Positions 8,751 to 18,073 of a stretch of DNA of 64,000 bases are shown here, piece after piece. The DNA is taken from positions 18,030-82,029 of the forward strand of contig JADJIS010000003.1 in NCBI GenBank assembly GCA_016706865.1, given 5' to 3'. How positions within the stretch are numbered: the stretch's first letter is position 1; each line of letters starts with the position of its first letter. Source of the DNA: Bacteroidota bacterium (lineage in GTDB: Bacteria; Bacteroidota; Bacteroidia; Chitinophagales; BACL12). The notes under the pieces are model-generated. The model had not been told where the DNA came from, did not search any database, and was given only the letters and a program-made list of their open reading frames with translations. A program made the position numbers and the translations under genes.

Positions 8751-9145
8751 GAGTCACAGTGGGCAGTGGCAGTAGGCAGTGGCAGTGGGCAGTTTGTAAA
8801 AGTGATAATTGTTCCTTCGAGTAGAACTAATTGGAAGATCGAGAGTTAACAGTTGGCAGTGGTAGTTAAGAGTGGGCAGTCAACAGTGGGCAGTGGGCAG
8901 TTTGTAACATTGATGAATGTTCCTTCGAGTAGAACTAATTGGAAGATCGAGAGTTAACAGTTGGCAGAGGCAGTTAAGAGTGGGCAGTCAACAGTGGGCA
9001 GTGGGCAGTTTGTATCATTGATGAATGTTCCTTCGAGTAGAACTAATTGGAAGATCGAGAGTTAACAGTTAGCAGTGGTAGTTAAGAGTTGGCAGTCAAC
9101 AGTGGGCAGTGGGCAGTTTGTAACATTGATGAATGTTCCTCCGAA
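8751..9145 (+). repeat. 108-bp higher-order tandem repeat, about 3.6 copies
   Basis: Full units lie at 8811-8918, 8919-9026 and 9027-9134. A partial leading unit spans 8751-8810 and there is a short trailing piece. Each unit is a unique ~45 nt (GTTCCTTCGAGTAGAACTAATTGGAAGATCGAGAGTTAAC) followed by about nine AGTNNNN heptamers (agttggc agtggt agttaag agtgggc agtcaac agtgggc agtgggc agtttgt). Confidence 0.9.
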
Positions 9146-9287
9146 TTTTAATTTTTCAATCAATTAAAGTTTTTTTATACTTTTAACTTTATAATGTTTC
9201 TCAGGCATGATAATGAAATTCATATGAGAAATTTAAGTTTTATATTACTGTAATTACTTCGCGTAACTTTGCGTCCTTAGCGCCTTA

Positions 9288-10610
9288 GTGGCAAAAAAAA
9301 ATGATATGCGGATCGAAAATGTTTTTAGTGTAAAAGATAATCAATCATTTCGCAATCAACTGCTAAATTATTCTTCAGGGTTTGAACATTTTGTTTTTTT
9401 GGATTCTTGTGATAATGCGGTGTATGGGGAGACGGAATTTGATTATTTATTTGCGGCGGGAAATTATGCAAGTTTAATTGCAAATGCCGGAAATGCTTTT
9501 GCGGAATTACAGCAATTTATAGATACCTATAAGGAGTGGTGTTTCGGTTATCTGGGGTATGATCTGAAAAATGAGAGTGAAAAATTATCGTCTAAAAACC
9601 AAGACAGGATCGCGTTTCCGGATATGTTGTTTTTTATTCCGGAGATTATTGTAAGGGTAAAAAATGGGGAAGTTAAAGTTTCAATTCTTTTAGAAAGTTC
9701 CATAACTTCCACTGGTGAAGAAATTTTTAATAATATTTGTGAGGAAAAAAGTGATATAAATTTTGAACGCAATAATATTAATTTATTACCTCGGATACCG
9801 AAAAAAGATTATCTCGAAAAAATAAATAAGATCCGCAAAAATATTATCGACGGTGATGTATATGAATTAACTTTTTGTCAGGAATTTTATAGTGAAAATG
9901 TTAACATAGAACCACTTATTGTTTTTCAGGAATTATGCAAAAAATCCAAAGCTCCCTTTTCCGTTTTATTTCGATGGGAAAATAAATATTTGATCTCCGC
10001 GAGTCCGGAGCGGTTTTTACAAAAGAAGGGCGATACAATTGTTTCTCAACCTATTAAAGGAACATCAAAACGCAGCTCCGATCCTTTGGTTGATGCACAA
10101 TTAAAAACTGAACTCTACAACAGCGAAAAAGACCGCGCAGAAAATGTGATGATAGTGGATCTTGTGCGCAACGACCTTGCACGCATTGGAAAAACCGGAA
10201 CAATTAAGGTTGATGAATTATTCGGAATTTATTCTTTTGAACAAGTGCATCAAATGGTTTCTACCATTTCGGCAAATGTAAAAGAGGATATTTTAATTTC
10301 AGATATTTTAAAAAATACTTTCCCAATGGGCTCCATGACCGGCGCACCAAAAGTGATGGCTATGGAACTAATCGAAAATTACGAAGAATCAAAACGCGGA
10401 TTATTTTCCGGCGCCTTCGGATATATTTCGCCTGAAGGTGATTTTGATTTTAATGTGGTAATTAGAAGTATAATATATGATGCATTGCAACAATATATTT
10501 CCGTTCAGGTAGGAGGGGCAATCGTTTTTGATTCGGTAGCAGAGAAAGAGTATGAGGAGTGCGTGTTGAAGTTGAGTGGGATTGTAGGGGTTTTTGGGGG
10601 TGGGACATAG
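9288..10610 (+). CDS. pabB: aminodeoxychorismate synthase component I (anthranilate/PABA synthase component I family)
   Basis: 440 aa. The chorismate-binding C-terminal domain carries PERFL, IKGT, SEKDRAENVMIVDLVRND and FPMGSMTGAPK motifs. The start is GTG 9288, with ATG 9306 as an alternative. The TAG stop lies inside the downstream heptamer array. Confidence 0.85.
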   Translation: MAKKNDMRIENVFSVKDNQSFRNQLLNYSSGFEHFVFLDSCDNAVYGETEFDYLFAAGNYASLIANAGNAFAELQQFIDTYKEWCFGYLGYDLKNESEKLSSKNQDRIAFPDMLFFIPEIIVRVKNGEVKVSILLESSITSTGEEIFNNICEEKSDINFERNNINLLPRIPKKDYLEKINKIRKNIIDGDVYELTFCQEFYSENVNIEPLIVFQELCKKSKAPFSVLFRWENKYLISASPERFLQKKGDTIVSQPIKGTSKRSSDPLVDAQLKTELYNSEKDRAENVMIVDLVRNDLARIGKTGTIKVDELFGIYSFEQVHQMVSTISANVKEDILISDILKNTFPMGSMTGAPKVMAMELIENYEESKRGLFSGAFGYISPEGDFDFNVVIRSIIYDALQQYISVQVGGAIVFDSVAEKEYEECVLKLSGIVGVFGGGT

Positions 10611-10662
10611 GACATAGGACATACGACATAGGACATACGACATAGGACAGACATAGGACAGT
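10603..10662 (+). repeat. heptamer array (GGACATA/CGACATA) about 8.5 units
   Basis: ggacata ggacata ggacata cgacata ggacata cgacata ggacaga cata ggacagt. The pabB stop (10608-10610) is part of the array. Confidence 0.9.
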
Positions 10663-10810
10663 GGAAATGTGATATAGGACTTGAATGGATTTAAAGTGAT
10701 AAATTTTATTTCTAACTAAAAGTTAGCGTTTAAATGTAAAATTTTCAATTAATTAGGATACACCTTTTTTATCCTTTCCCCAACCTTCCTTCCTTTTTCA
10801 ATCTTAGAAC

Positions 10811-10897
10811 CTTCCTCTTCGACTCTTCGAATCTTCTCCCTTCGAATCTTCAAGGACTTCCCCTTCGATTCTTCGAATCTTCTCCCTTCGAATCTTA
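10811..10897. repeat. 7/8-mer array (CTTCGAAT / CTTCTCC), containing a 26-nt unit twice
   Basis: cttcgaatcttctcccttcgaatctt occurs twice, at about 10827-10852 and 10871-10896. The array ends exactly on the stop codon (10895-10897) of the minus-strand CHAP gene. Confidence 0.85.
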
Positions 10898-11521
10898 CTC
10901 TATCCTCATCCATCCAAGCACCCTTCTATTCATCACCTTCCACCTATCATTTATCAGAACTAATTTTAATTCTTCTCTGCTTGGGGCATCGGGGCCGGCA
11001 TTTTGTTGAATGATCTCGATGGAGTTTTCTGATACTTTGGAAATAATTGCAATATGTCCGTATTTATTTCCGAGATGACCATCAAAAACTAAAATATCAT
11101 CTACGGAAGGTTTTTTTAAACTGGCATTGGAATATTGAACGAGATCGCGTTTTTCATTATAGGATGCATCGGGTAAATTGCGATCGAAAATATCTTTTGC
11201 ATTACCTCCCGGCACCGGCATTACATGATTAAAATGTTCGTAATAATATCTTTTTACAAATTCCACACATTGCCATTGTAATCCGATATTATATCCATCT
11301 TTTGAAATATTTTTTGCAGTTACATTGGAAGTTTCTCCGTTATAATAAACCACTACATGATTTAAAGAATCAATGGGAGTTCCTACCTTGAATTTTAAAT
11401 TGTCGGGAAAAACTAAATTTAATGCCTGCAGAATAAATAATGCTATTGCCAGACATAACACAACTATAATTGTATATACAATATTTAAATTTCTTGTTGC
11501 GGGATGTTTACTTGTGATCAT
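10895..11521 (-). CDS. CHAP domain-containing protein (amidase/peptidase) with N-terminal TM anchor
   Basis: 208 aa. Catalytic-type Cys context LQWQCVEFVKRYY and His context NKYGHIAIISKV are typical of CHAP domains. Confidence 0.75.
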   Translation of the reverse strand: MITSKHPATRNLNIVYTIIVVLCLAIALFILQALNLVFPDNLKFKVGTPIDSLNHVVVYYNGETSNVTAKNISKDGYNIGLQWQCVEFVKRYYYEHFNHVMPVPGGNAKDIFDRNLPDASYNEKRDLVQYSNASLKKPSVDDILVFDGHLGNKYGHIAIISKVSENSIEIIQQNAGPDAPSREELKLVLINDRWKVMNRRVLGWMRIE

Positions 11522-11633
11522 GCTTCAATAATCTAACGAATCTACCTAATTTATTGGTATAGATGAAATTGCAATCCATATTTAATAAAAAAGGCCACCT
11601 TAATTGGCGGCCTTTTACAAATATCATTTTTTG

Positions 11634-12425
11634 TCAGAATTTAAAAGTTATTCCCACTGTTCCAAGGATCATATCGGTTTTTGATTCTTTTGGGAAAGCG
11701 GCAATGGAAATATCCTCTTCATCAACTTCTTCCTGACTGGTAGGAATGGTGTTAAATACCACCTCCCATTCATCGATATCATCTTCCACAAAATATGAAG
11801 CATTTCCACCCAGCGAATAGGCAACCCTAAGATCGATCAACATATTTTCATTCAGTTCTATCATTAAACCGGCAGCACCTCCATAACTAAAGGTCCAGTC
11901 GGAATTTTGTTTGGAACTGGTGATCAGCGGATTATCTTCTTCACTCAGATAATATTCTTCCGATTCGTCGTAAATAGAAGTTTTAGTGGAAAAATTGTTA
12001 AATCCAAGAATACCATCCACATAAGGTTTAAAAAATTTAGTTGGCGATTGCACTCTTAAATTCAAATGACCGGTAGAAATAGTATTAGAGGTTTCGATAC
12101 GCATGGGGAATAACAATTGATCGATAACTATTCCATCAACAACTATATCGGCGGTAAGTGTTTTGTCCTCGGTTTTAAAACCATTATTCATAAATGCAAG
12201 GTCAAAACCCACTAATACCGGAATTTTTACCGATGGTTGGAAAAACAAGTTAAATCCACCGCCAACGGCAACTTCGTCGTTGTAAGTTTTAAAATCGTTC
12301 ATTGGAATACCCAGATCGAAGTTCAATCCAAAAAATACTGCCGATTTTTTAACCGGGTGAGTAGTTTGTGCCATGAGGGAAAAGGCTGTGCATACAAAAA
12401 CAACAGAGAGTGTAAGTTTTTTCAT
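11634..12425 (-). CDS. outer-membrane beta-barrel (porin-family) protein
   Basis: 263 aa with a signal peptide (MKKLTLSVVFVCTAFSLMAQ), alternating beta-strand pattern and a C-terminal ...GTVGITFKF aromatic terminus. Confidence 0.7.
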   Translation of the reverse strand: MKKLTLSVVFVCTAFSLMAQTTHPVKKSAVFFGLNFDLGIPMNDFKTYNDEVAVGGGFNLFFQPSVKIPVLVGFDLAFMNNGFKTEDKTLTADIVVDGIVIDQLLFPMRIETSNTISTGHLNLRVQSPTKFFKPYVDGILGFNNFSTKTSIYDESEEYYLSEEDNPLITSSKQNSDWTFSYGGAAGLMIELNENMLIDLRVAYSLGGNASYFVEDDIDEWEVVFNTIPTSQEEVDEEDISIAAFPKESKTDMILGTVGITFKF

Positions 12426-12455
12426 AATTGTAAAATTAAATAATAAATGAATGTG

Positions 12456-13550
12456 TTATAACCACTTTTTTTTCTTGTAAATGATGAACTGAATGATCGT
12501 AATGATGATCATAACAGCCCAAACACCCGCATAACCATATCGCCATGTGAGTTCCGGCAAATTTTCAAAGTTCATGCCATAAACACCTACAAGAAAGGTT
12601 AAAGGGATAAAAATGGCGGAAATCAAGGTGAGCACTTTTATGATCTCATTCATATGGCTGTTCATATTGGCCATATTTGTTTGCACAAGACCGGCCAGGT
12701 ATTCGCGGTCGGTATCGATCTGATTCACTACCTGGTTAACATGATCCTGCAAATCGCGCAGGAAATGTTTAGAATCAGGTTCAATTAAAATAATGTCCTC
12801 CTTCATCAATTTAAATATCACTTCCCGAAGAGGCGCTATACTTCGTCGTAAATAAATAAAATCTTTGCCAATATTATGAATGTCGGTTAAATGGTTTTTA
12901 TTTTTCTGAACAAAAATATTATTTTCAATTTTATCCAGTTCCGCAGAATAATGATCGAGCACAATAAAGTAGCTGTCAACAATAGCATCAATTAATGCGT
13001 ACATAAGATAATCGGATCCTTTTTTGCGCATTCTTCCTTTTCCTGTTCGTATTCTGTCGCGCAAAACTTCAAAATAATCACCTTCATCCTCCTGAAAAGT
13101 TAAAACAAATCCATTACCAAGAATCAAACTGATCTGATCGCGCTGTAAATGATCATTTTCAAAATAAAATTCATTCAGTGTAACATAAATAATATCATCT
13201 TCTGTGTATTCATCAACCTTAGGCAGTTGAAATACATTTAGAATATCTTCCTGAATAAGATTGTGCAATTTGTAAAATGCACCGATCTCACCGATTAATT
13301 TTTCATTATGTAAACCATTTACATTTATCCAGGAAATATAATCTTTAGGTTGTTTTACTAAATAATTTCCACCTTCAGCAAATTGTTCTTCTGTATATGC
13401 AGTTTCATTGTAATTAATTATACTTACGCCAATTTCAGTATGCCGTTTATTACCGGTGTAAACAGGAGTGCCGGGAGGTAAACCTGATTTACGTCGGTGT
13501 GTGGTTTTTTTTAAATGACCGGTTACCGGTTTTTTGTTGGATTCATTCAT
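12456..13550 (-). CDS. corA: magnesium/cobalt transporter CorA
   Basis: 364 aa. The GMNF (GMN) signature in VGVYGMNFENLPE is followed by the last TM helix. Overlaps the upstream gene by 8 nt. Confidence 0.9.
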   Translation of the reverse strand: MNESNKKPVTGHLKKTTHRRKSGLPPGTPVYTGNKRHTEIGVSIINYNETAYTEEQFAEGGNYLVKQPKDYISWINVNGLHNEKLIGEIGAFYKLHNLIQEDILNVFQLPKVDEYTEDDIIYVTLNEFYFENDHLQRDQISLILGNGFVLTFQEDEGDYFEVLRDRIRTGKGRMRKKGSDYLMYALIDAIVDSYFIVLDHYSAELDKIENNIFVQKNKNHLTDIHNIGKDFIYLRRSIAPLREVIFKLMKEDIILIEPDSKHFLRDLQDHVNQVVNQIDTDREYLAGLVQTNMANMNSHMNEIIKVLTLISAIFIPLTFLVGVYGMNFENLPELTWRYGYAGVWAVMIIITIIQFIIYKKKKWL

Positions 13551-14286
13551 GTGCGATCTGTTTTTTATAGGAATTTCCGATACTCTTCCATTTCATTTTT
13601 ATCACACCATAAACCGCCTCCTTAAATATACCACTACTCATTTTGGATATTCCTTTTTCTCGGTCCTTAAAGGTAATTGGAATTTCCATTAATGTAAATC
13701 CACATTTCCACGCCGCAAATTTTAATTCGATCTGAAATGCATATCCAATAAATTTGATCTTATCCAGATCTATTGTTTCCAACACCTTTCTTTTATAACA
13801 AACAAATCCGGCGGTGGTATCTTTTACAGGCATTCCTGTTATCATTCTTACATAAAGGGAGGCACCTTTGGAAATAAAAATTCTATTAAAAGGCCAATCC
13901 TCCACATTTCCATTTTTTACATATCTTGAACCGATCACAACATCAGCACCATCGGCGCAACTTTTTAATAGCCTGGGCAGGTCGGATGGTTTGTGAGAAA
14001 AATCGGCATCCATTTCCACTATATAATCATAATTATTTTTTAAAGCCCACTTAAATCCGGCTATATATGCTGTGCCTAAACCTAGTTTTCCGGGTCGGGA
14101 CTGTAAAAATAGTCTGTCGGGATATTTTACCTTTAATTGTTCCACTTCTTTTGCCGTGCCATCGGGTGAATTGTCATCAATTATCAATACATGCAATTGC
14201 TCCGGCAACGATAACACGGCATGTATCATTTCGGCAATATTTGCCTGCTCATTATAAGTTGGTATTACGATAAGTGAAGAGGGCAA
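13543..14286 (-). CDS. GT2 glycosyltransferase, polyprenol-monophosphomannose (dolichyl-phosphate mannose) synthase-like
   Basis: 247 aa. LIVIPTYNE...IIDDNSPDGT...EMDADFSH motifs (DXD-type GT2). TTG start with no nearby in-frame ATG. Confidence 0.85.
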   Translation of the reverse strand: MPSSLIVIPTYNEQANIAEMIHAVLSLPEQLHVLIIDDNSPDGTAKEVEQLKVKYPDRLFLQSRPGKLGLGTAYIAGFKWALKNNYDYIVEMDADFSHKPSDLPRLLKSCADGADVVIGSRYVKNGNVEDWPFNRIFISKGASLYVRMITGMPVKDTTAGFVCYKRKVLETIDLDKIKFIGYAFQIELKFAAWKCGFTLMEIPITFKDREKGISKMSSGIFKEAVYGVIKMKWKSIGNSYKKQIAHE

Positions 14287-14288
14287 CG

Positions 14289-15059
14289 TTAATTTATTTT
14301 TGGATTTTTAATTTTGAATTCGATCATTTTTAATTTTAATTTGGTGTGGAGTGAAAAATCACTTTTGTAGATCCAATCAAAATATTGTGGTTCTCTTTTA
14401 TAAACCTCTGCGCATGATTGTCCGTTGTATTTTCCAAAATTAAAATATTCTATTCCATCTTTTAAGATCATCCTTCTGCCAAAATCAACAAAGTCGCCAT
14501 CCTTAGTAAATTCATGCAGTGATTGAACATCATTTTTCAATTGATCTTTATACATTTCCAATTGGCCTACCAATACTTCATAAGTTGCTTTAACATCTGC
14601 TTCGGCACTATGCGCATCAATTAACTCCTTGTTGCAAAAAAACTTGTAAGCAGCCTCCAGGGTTCTTTTTTCCATTAAGGTAAAAATACGCATCACATCT
14701 ATATAACGACGGTTTTCGTCAAAACCTGTATCTGCTCTTAAAAATTCTTCTGCGAGCATAGGGATATCAAATTTATTGGAGTTATAACCTGCAAGATCAC
14801 AATTATTTAAAAAGTCGCGCAGTTCAATTGCCACATCCTTAAATTTTGGGGAATCTTTAACATCTGCATCAAAAATTCCGTGAAAAACGGAGGAGGCTTC
14901 CGGGATATGCATCTCCGGATTTATCCGCATGGTTTTGCTCTGCTGACTCCCGTCGGGCAGTATTTTCAGGATACTTATCTCTACAATTCGGTCGCTGCTT
15001 AGGTTTATTCCTGTTGTTTCAAGGTCAATAAAAGCTAAAGGTTTATCAAGTTTTAACAT
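14289..15059 (-). CDS. 3'-5' exonuclease, DnaQ/DEDD family
   Basis: FIDLETTG (ExoI), NSNKFDIPML (ExoII) and HSAEADV (ExoIII) motifs. Start placed at ATG 15059; the ORF track uses TTG 15071. Confidence 0.8.
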   Translation of the reverse strand: MLKLDKPLAFIDLETTGINLSSDRIVEISILKILPDGSQQSKTMRINPEMHIPEASSVFHGIFDADVKDSPKFKDVAIELRDFLNNCDLAGYNSNKFDIPMLAEEFLRADTGFDENRRYIDVMRIFTLMEKRTLEAAYKFFCNKELIDAHSAEADVKATYEVLVGQLEMYKDQLKNDVQSLHEFTKDGDFVDFGRRMILKDGIEYFNFGKYNGQSCAEVYKREPQYFDWIYKSDFSLHTKLKLKMIEFKIKNPKIN

Positions 15060-15073
15060 ATATATCGGCAAAT

Positions 15074-16414
15074 TTATGTTAAAATAGTAAATTCAAGGTT
15101 ATCAAAATTTCCGGAACTCATTAAAAGAAAATTGGTATTCACACTCTTTAACATTTTTAGCAGTTCTGAAAGCTGTGCAGAATTATTAATTACATGCAGT
15201 GAGTCGTCGTTAAAAAAATGTTTTACTTCCTCCGGCAACAGTTCAGGCAATTTTTTTAATTGCACTGTATGCGGATTAAAATAAACGATCCTTACATCAG
15301 CTTTGTTCATGGTGTTTTTATAGTGAGCGATAAATGTTTTGTTCAGGCTGCTAAAGGTGTGGAGTTCCAGACACGCAATTAATTTTCTTTTGGGATATTG
15401 TTCTTTAACAGCATCAACAGTGGCCTGTACTTTAGATGGAGCATGTGCAAAATCGCGAAATACAATTCCGGAATCATTTTTATATAAAATTTCCAATCTT
15501 TTTGCGGCACCCTTGAAACTTTCCATTGCAGAATAAAAAACATCATTTTCAATATTTAATGCATTGCAAACCAATCGCGCAGCTTCCATATTTTGCATAT
15601 TGTGTTTACCGAAAATTTCGAAAATGTAAACTTTATTTTCAAATTGAAGATGAAAAGCATTATTTTCTAAAAAATAATCAGGAGTAGAATATTTTTTTAT
15701 TTCCGCTTTTACCTTCGAATTATTTAACAGTGAGTTTATATTCTGATCCTCTTCGTTTAATATCAATAATTGTTGAGGGGATAAACTTTCCATTAAAATT
15801 TTAAATTGATTGGTGTAATTCTCAAAGGTGGGGAAAACATTAAAATGATCCCATGCAATTCCGCTGATGAGCGTTATTTGCGCTTTGTAATGTAAAAATT
15901 TAGGACGTTTATCAAGTGGAGAGGCAAAATATTCATCTCCCTCAATAATCATTAGTGGTGCATCACTAATTTGCACCATAGTTTCAAAGCCTGCAAGTTG
16001 AGCTCCAACAAGATAATCAAAATCCAGTTTCTGATCTTTTAAAACATGCATAATCATGGATGTGATGGTTGTTTTACCATGACTTCCACAAACGGCTACG
16101 CGTATTTTATTCTTACTTTGTTCGTAAATATATTCGGGGAAACTGTAAATGTTTAGGTTTAATTCTTTTGCACGCAAAAGTTCAGGGTTATCTGCCCTTG
16201 CATGCATTCCGAGTATAACTGCATCTAACCCTGAATGAATATTTTCCGGATACCAACCATATTTTTTGGGTAATAAATTATGTTTCTGCAACCGCGAAAG
16301 GGATGGCTCAAAAATTTCATCGTCAGAACCTGTTACGGTCAATCCTTTAGTTTTAAGTGCAATAGCAAGATTATGCATTACGGCTCCGCCTATTGCGATC
16401 AAATGAATTTGCAT
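15074..16414 (-). CDS. mpl: UDP-N-acetylmuramate:L-alanyl-gamma-D-glutamyl-meso-diaminopimelate ligase (Mur ligase family)
   Basis: MQIHLIAIGGAVMHNLAIAL, the GSHGKTTITSM P-loop, and Mur ligase middle and C-terminal regions. Start placed at ATG 16414. Confidence 0.85.
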   Translation of the reverse strand: MQIHLIAIGGAVMHNLAIALKTKGLTVTGSDDEIFEPSLSRLQKHNLLPKKYGWYPENIHSGLDAVILGMHARADNPELLRAKELNLNIYSFPEYIYEQSKNKIRVAVCGSHGKTTITSMIMHVLKDQKLDFDYLVGAQLAGFETMVQISDAPLMIIEGDEYFASPLDKRPKFLHYKAQITLISGIAWDHFNVFPTFENYTNQFKILMESLSPQQLLILNEEDQNINSLLNNSKVKAEIKKYSTPDYFLENNAFHLQFENKVYIFEIFGKHNMQNMEAARLVCNALNIENDVFYSAMESFKGAAKRLEILYKNDSGIVFRDFAHAPSKVQATVDAVKEQYPKRKLIACLELHTFSSLNKTFIAHYKNTMNKADVRIVYFNPHTVQLKKLPELLPEEVKHFFNDDSLHVINNSAQLSELLKMLKSVNTNFLLMSSGNFDNLEFTILT

Positions 16415-16571
16415 GCACCGAAGGTATAACAATACAACAATAGATGAATATGTGCACTTGTGGATTGTGGAATTTGAAATAAATTTTATATCTTTACGTT
16501 GATAAATCTAAAGAAGAATATGGTTGAACTTTTCCTCAATTTTTAAAGTTAACCTAGTAATTTTGCCAATT

Positions 16572-16721
16572 ATGTTTAAATCAGTATCAATCTCTAAAGT
16601 TTTTTTTGCAGCCGGATTAGCTGTGATCTTAACATTTTCCTTGAGTTCTTGCGGTTCTAAAGAGGGCTGTCCGAATAAAATTACAGAAGTTGGCGGTGTT
16701 AAGTTAGATACCAACACCTGA
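16572..16721 (+). CDS. small lipoprotein, function unknown
   Basis: The internal ATG gives MFKSVSISKVFFAAGLAVILTFSLSSCGSKEG (signal peptide plus lipobox). The opposite-strand ORF 16508..16717 lacks any such signal. Confidence 0.4.
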   Translation: MFKSVSISKVFFAAGLAVILTFSLSSCGSKEGCPNKITEVGGVKLDTNT

Positions 16722-16779
16722 TCAAAATCTAAATATTTTTTTAAAGTCTGATCATACCAAGCTGATCAGGCTTTACTAT

Positions 16780-17185
16780 TTATAGATAGGTAAACTCAAT
16801 AATTTTCACGATCTTCTCCGACAGGCTCAGAATCACCGGGCACGTTCTGGCTGCATTTTCCAGTATTTGTTTTTGTTTATCATCAAGATTGATAGGAGGT
16901 ATTGTAAGCCTGCAGTGAATTTCAGCTATTCTCCTGGGATTGCTTGCCATAATTTTAGTAACTTCAACACTGGTTCCTTCTATAGGCAAATTATGCACGA
17001 GCGGCAATTCCCATTATAGTAAGCATACAACTTGCAGTTGCCGTGGCCATTAGGTCGGTTGGCGAAAAACCTTCTCCTTTTCCTTGATTATCGGGTGGAG
17101 CATCTGTAAAAATTTCGGTGGAAGAGGATAAATGTGTGGCAATTGTTCTTAATTCGCCGGAATAAACTACTTTTGATATAATCAT
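16780..17185 (-). pseudogene. OsmC/Ohr family peroxiredoxin-like gene split by a frameshift
   Basis: Two adjacent ORFs in different frames. 16991..17185 reads MIISKVVYSGELRT...SPTDLMATATASCMLTIMGIAARA-stop. 16780..17007 reads ..HNLPIEGTSVEVTKIMASNPRRIAEIHCRLTIPP...ARTCPV. Together they form one OsmC fold. The frame break is at about 16995-17005. Confidence 0.6.
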
Positions 17186-17242
17186 GACAATATTTTTTTT
17201 CTGTTGGCAACTATTCTCAAACAAAATTCGTAATATTATCCG

Positions 17243-18058
17243 ATGAAATGTGGATTGGTGTTTTTTTTGATGGTTTTAGGGGTATTTCAGGCTTATGGCC
17301 AGGATACCACAATAACGCTTGAAAATAATTCGAAGCCGGTTATTCTAAATAAAATTACCTCTCCCTCCAATAAAACCAAAAGCGTTGGTTATGAACGTGA
17401 ATTCAGTATTGGCGGAAAATTAAGCACTGCAGGCTGGAGTATTTTTGGTGATTATACCAAAGATATCAACCTCGATAAAAAACGTGTTTATTACTTTGAA
17501 TTGGGATTTATCAACGATCCAAAGGAGGCAAAACGCGTAAACGAATTTACCATTGGTCCCGAATCTCCAAAACCTTTTATTTATGGTAAACAAAATTCTT
17601 TTTTTAATGTAAAAGCTGCTCTTGGTCAAAAGCTAATGATTGGCGAGAAGGCCGAAAAGAGTGGGTTTCAGGTTAGTTTTAATTATGCGGGCGGTTTTTC
17701 TGCCGGATTTATAAAACCTTATTATCTAGAAATTTTTAATACCACCGGTGAGAGCAGTGATCTTACCCGAGCAATAAAATATACTCCTGAGACAGAAAGT
17801 TTATTTTTGGATGCAACAAGTATTTATGGCGCTTCCGGTTTTAGTATTGGATTTAATGAAATTAAATTTGCTCCCGGTATTTTTGCCAAATCAGGTTTTA
17901 ATTTTGATTGGGCAACATATGATGATTTTGTAAAAGCAATGGAAGTAGGATTAGGAACAGAGATCTATTTAAAAGAAATTCCTATTCTTATTTCGGAAAA
18001 CAATAAACCCTACTTTGTTTATTTATATCTGAGTTTACAATTTGGCAAGAAGTGGTAA
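17243..18058 (+). CDS. secreted/outer-membrane protein, function unknown
   Basis: 271 aa with a signal peptide (MKCGLVFFLMVLGVFQAYGQ), beta-rich composition and a C-terminal LQFGKKW. Confidence 0.6.
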   Translation: MKCGLVFFLMVLGVFQAYGQDTTITLENNSKPVILNKITSPSNKTKSVGYEREFSIGGKLSTAGWSIFGDYTKDINLDKKRVYYFELGFINDPKEAKRVNEFTIGPESPKPFIYGKQNSFFNVKAALGQKLMIGEKAEKSGFQVSFNYAGGFSAGFIKPYYLEIFNTTGESSDLTRAIKYTPETESLFLDATSIYGASGFSIGFNEIKFAPGIFAKSGFNFDWATYDDFVKAMEVGLGTEIYLKEIPILISENNKPYFVYLYLSLQFGKKW

Positions 18059-18073
18059 AAAAGGTTGAAGAAA

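Noticed and set aside
8751-9145. Possible CRISPR or coding repeat
   Set aside because: Units are contiguous 108-mers with no unique spacers. No long ORF appears in the track. The internal structure is made of heptamer arrays.
10811-10897. TTCGAATC words resembling tRNA T-arm (GGTTCGAATCC): hidden tRNA or tRNA relics?
   Set aside because: No acceptor, D or anticodon arms can be folded around any copy. It is a simple tandem array.
15060-15071. TTG/GTG-initiated N-terminal extensions given in the ORF track (also at 16415-16432, 27493-27528, 28247-28297, 34992-35066, 41611-41694, 41868-41957, 44404-44445 and 56459-56470)
   Set aside because: In each case an internal ATG yields a canonical N-terminus or signal peptide and removes overlap with the neighbouring gene. 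The extensions have no recognisable features.
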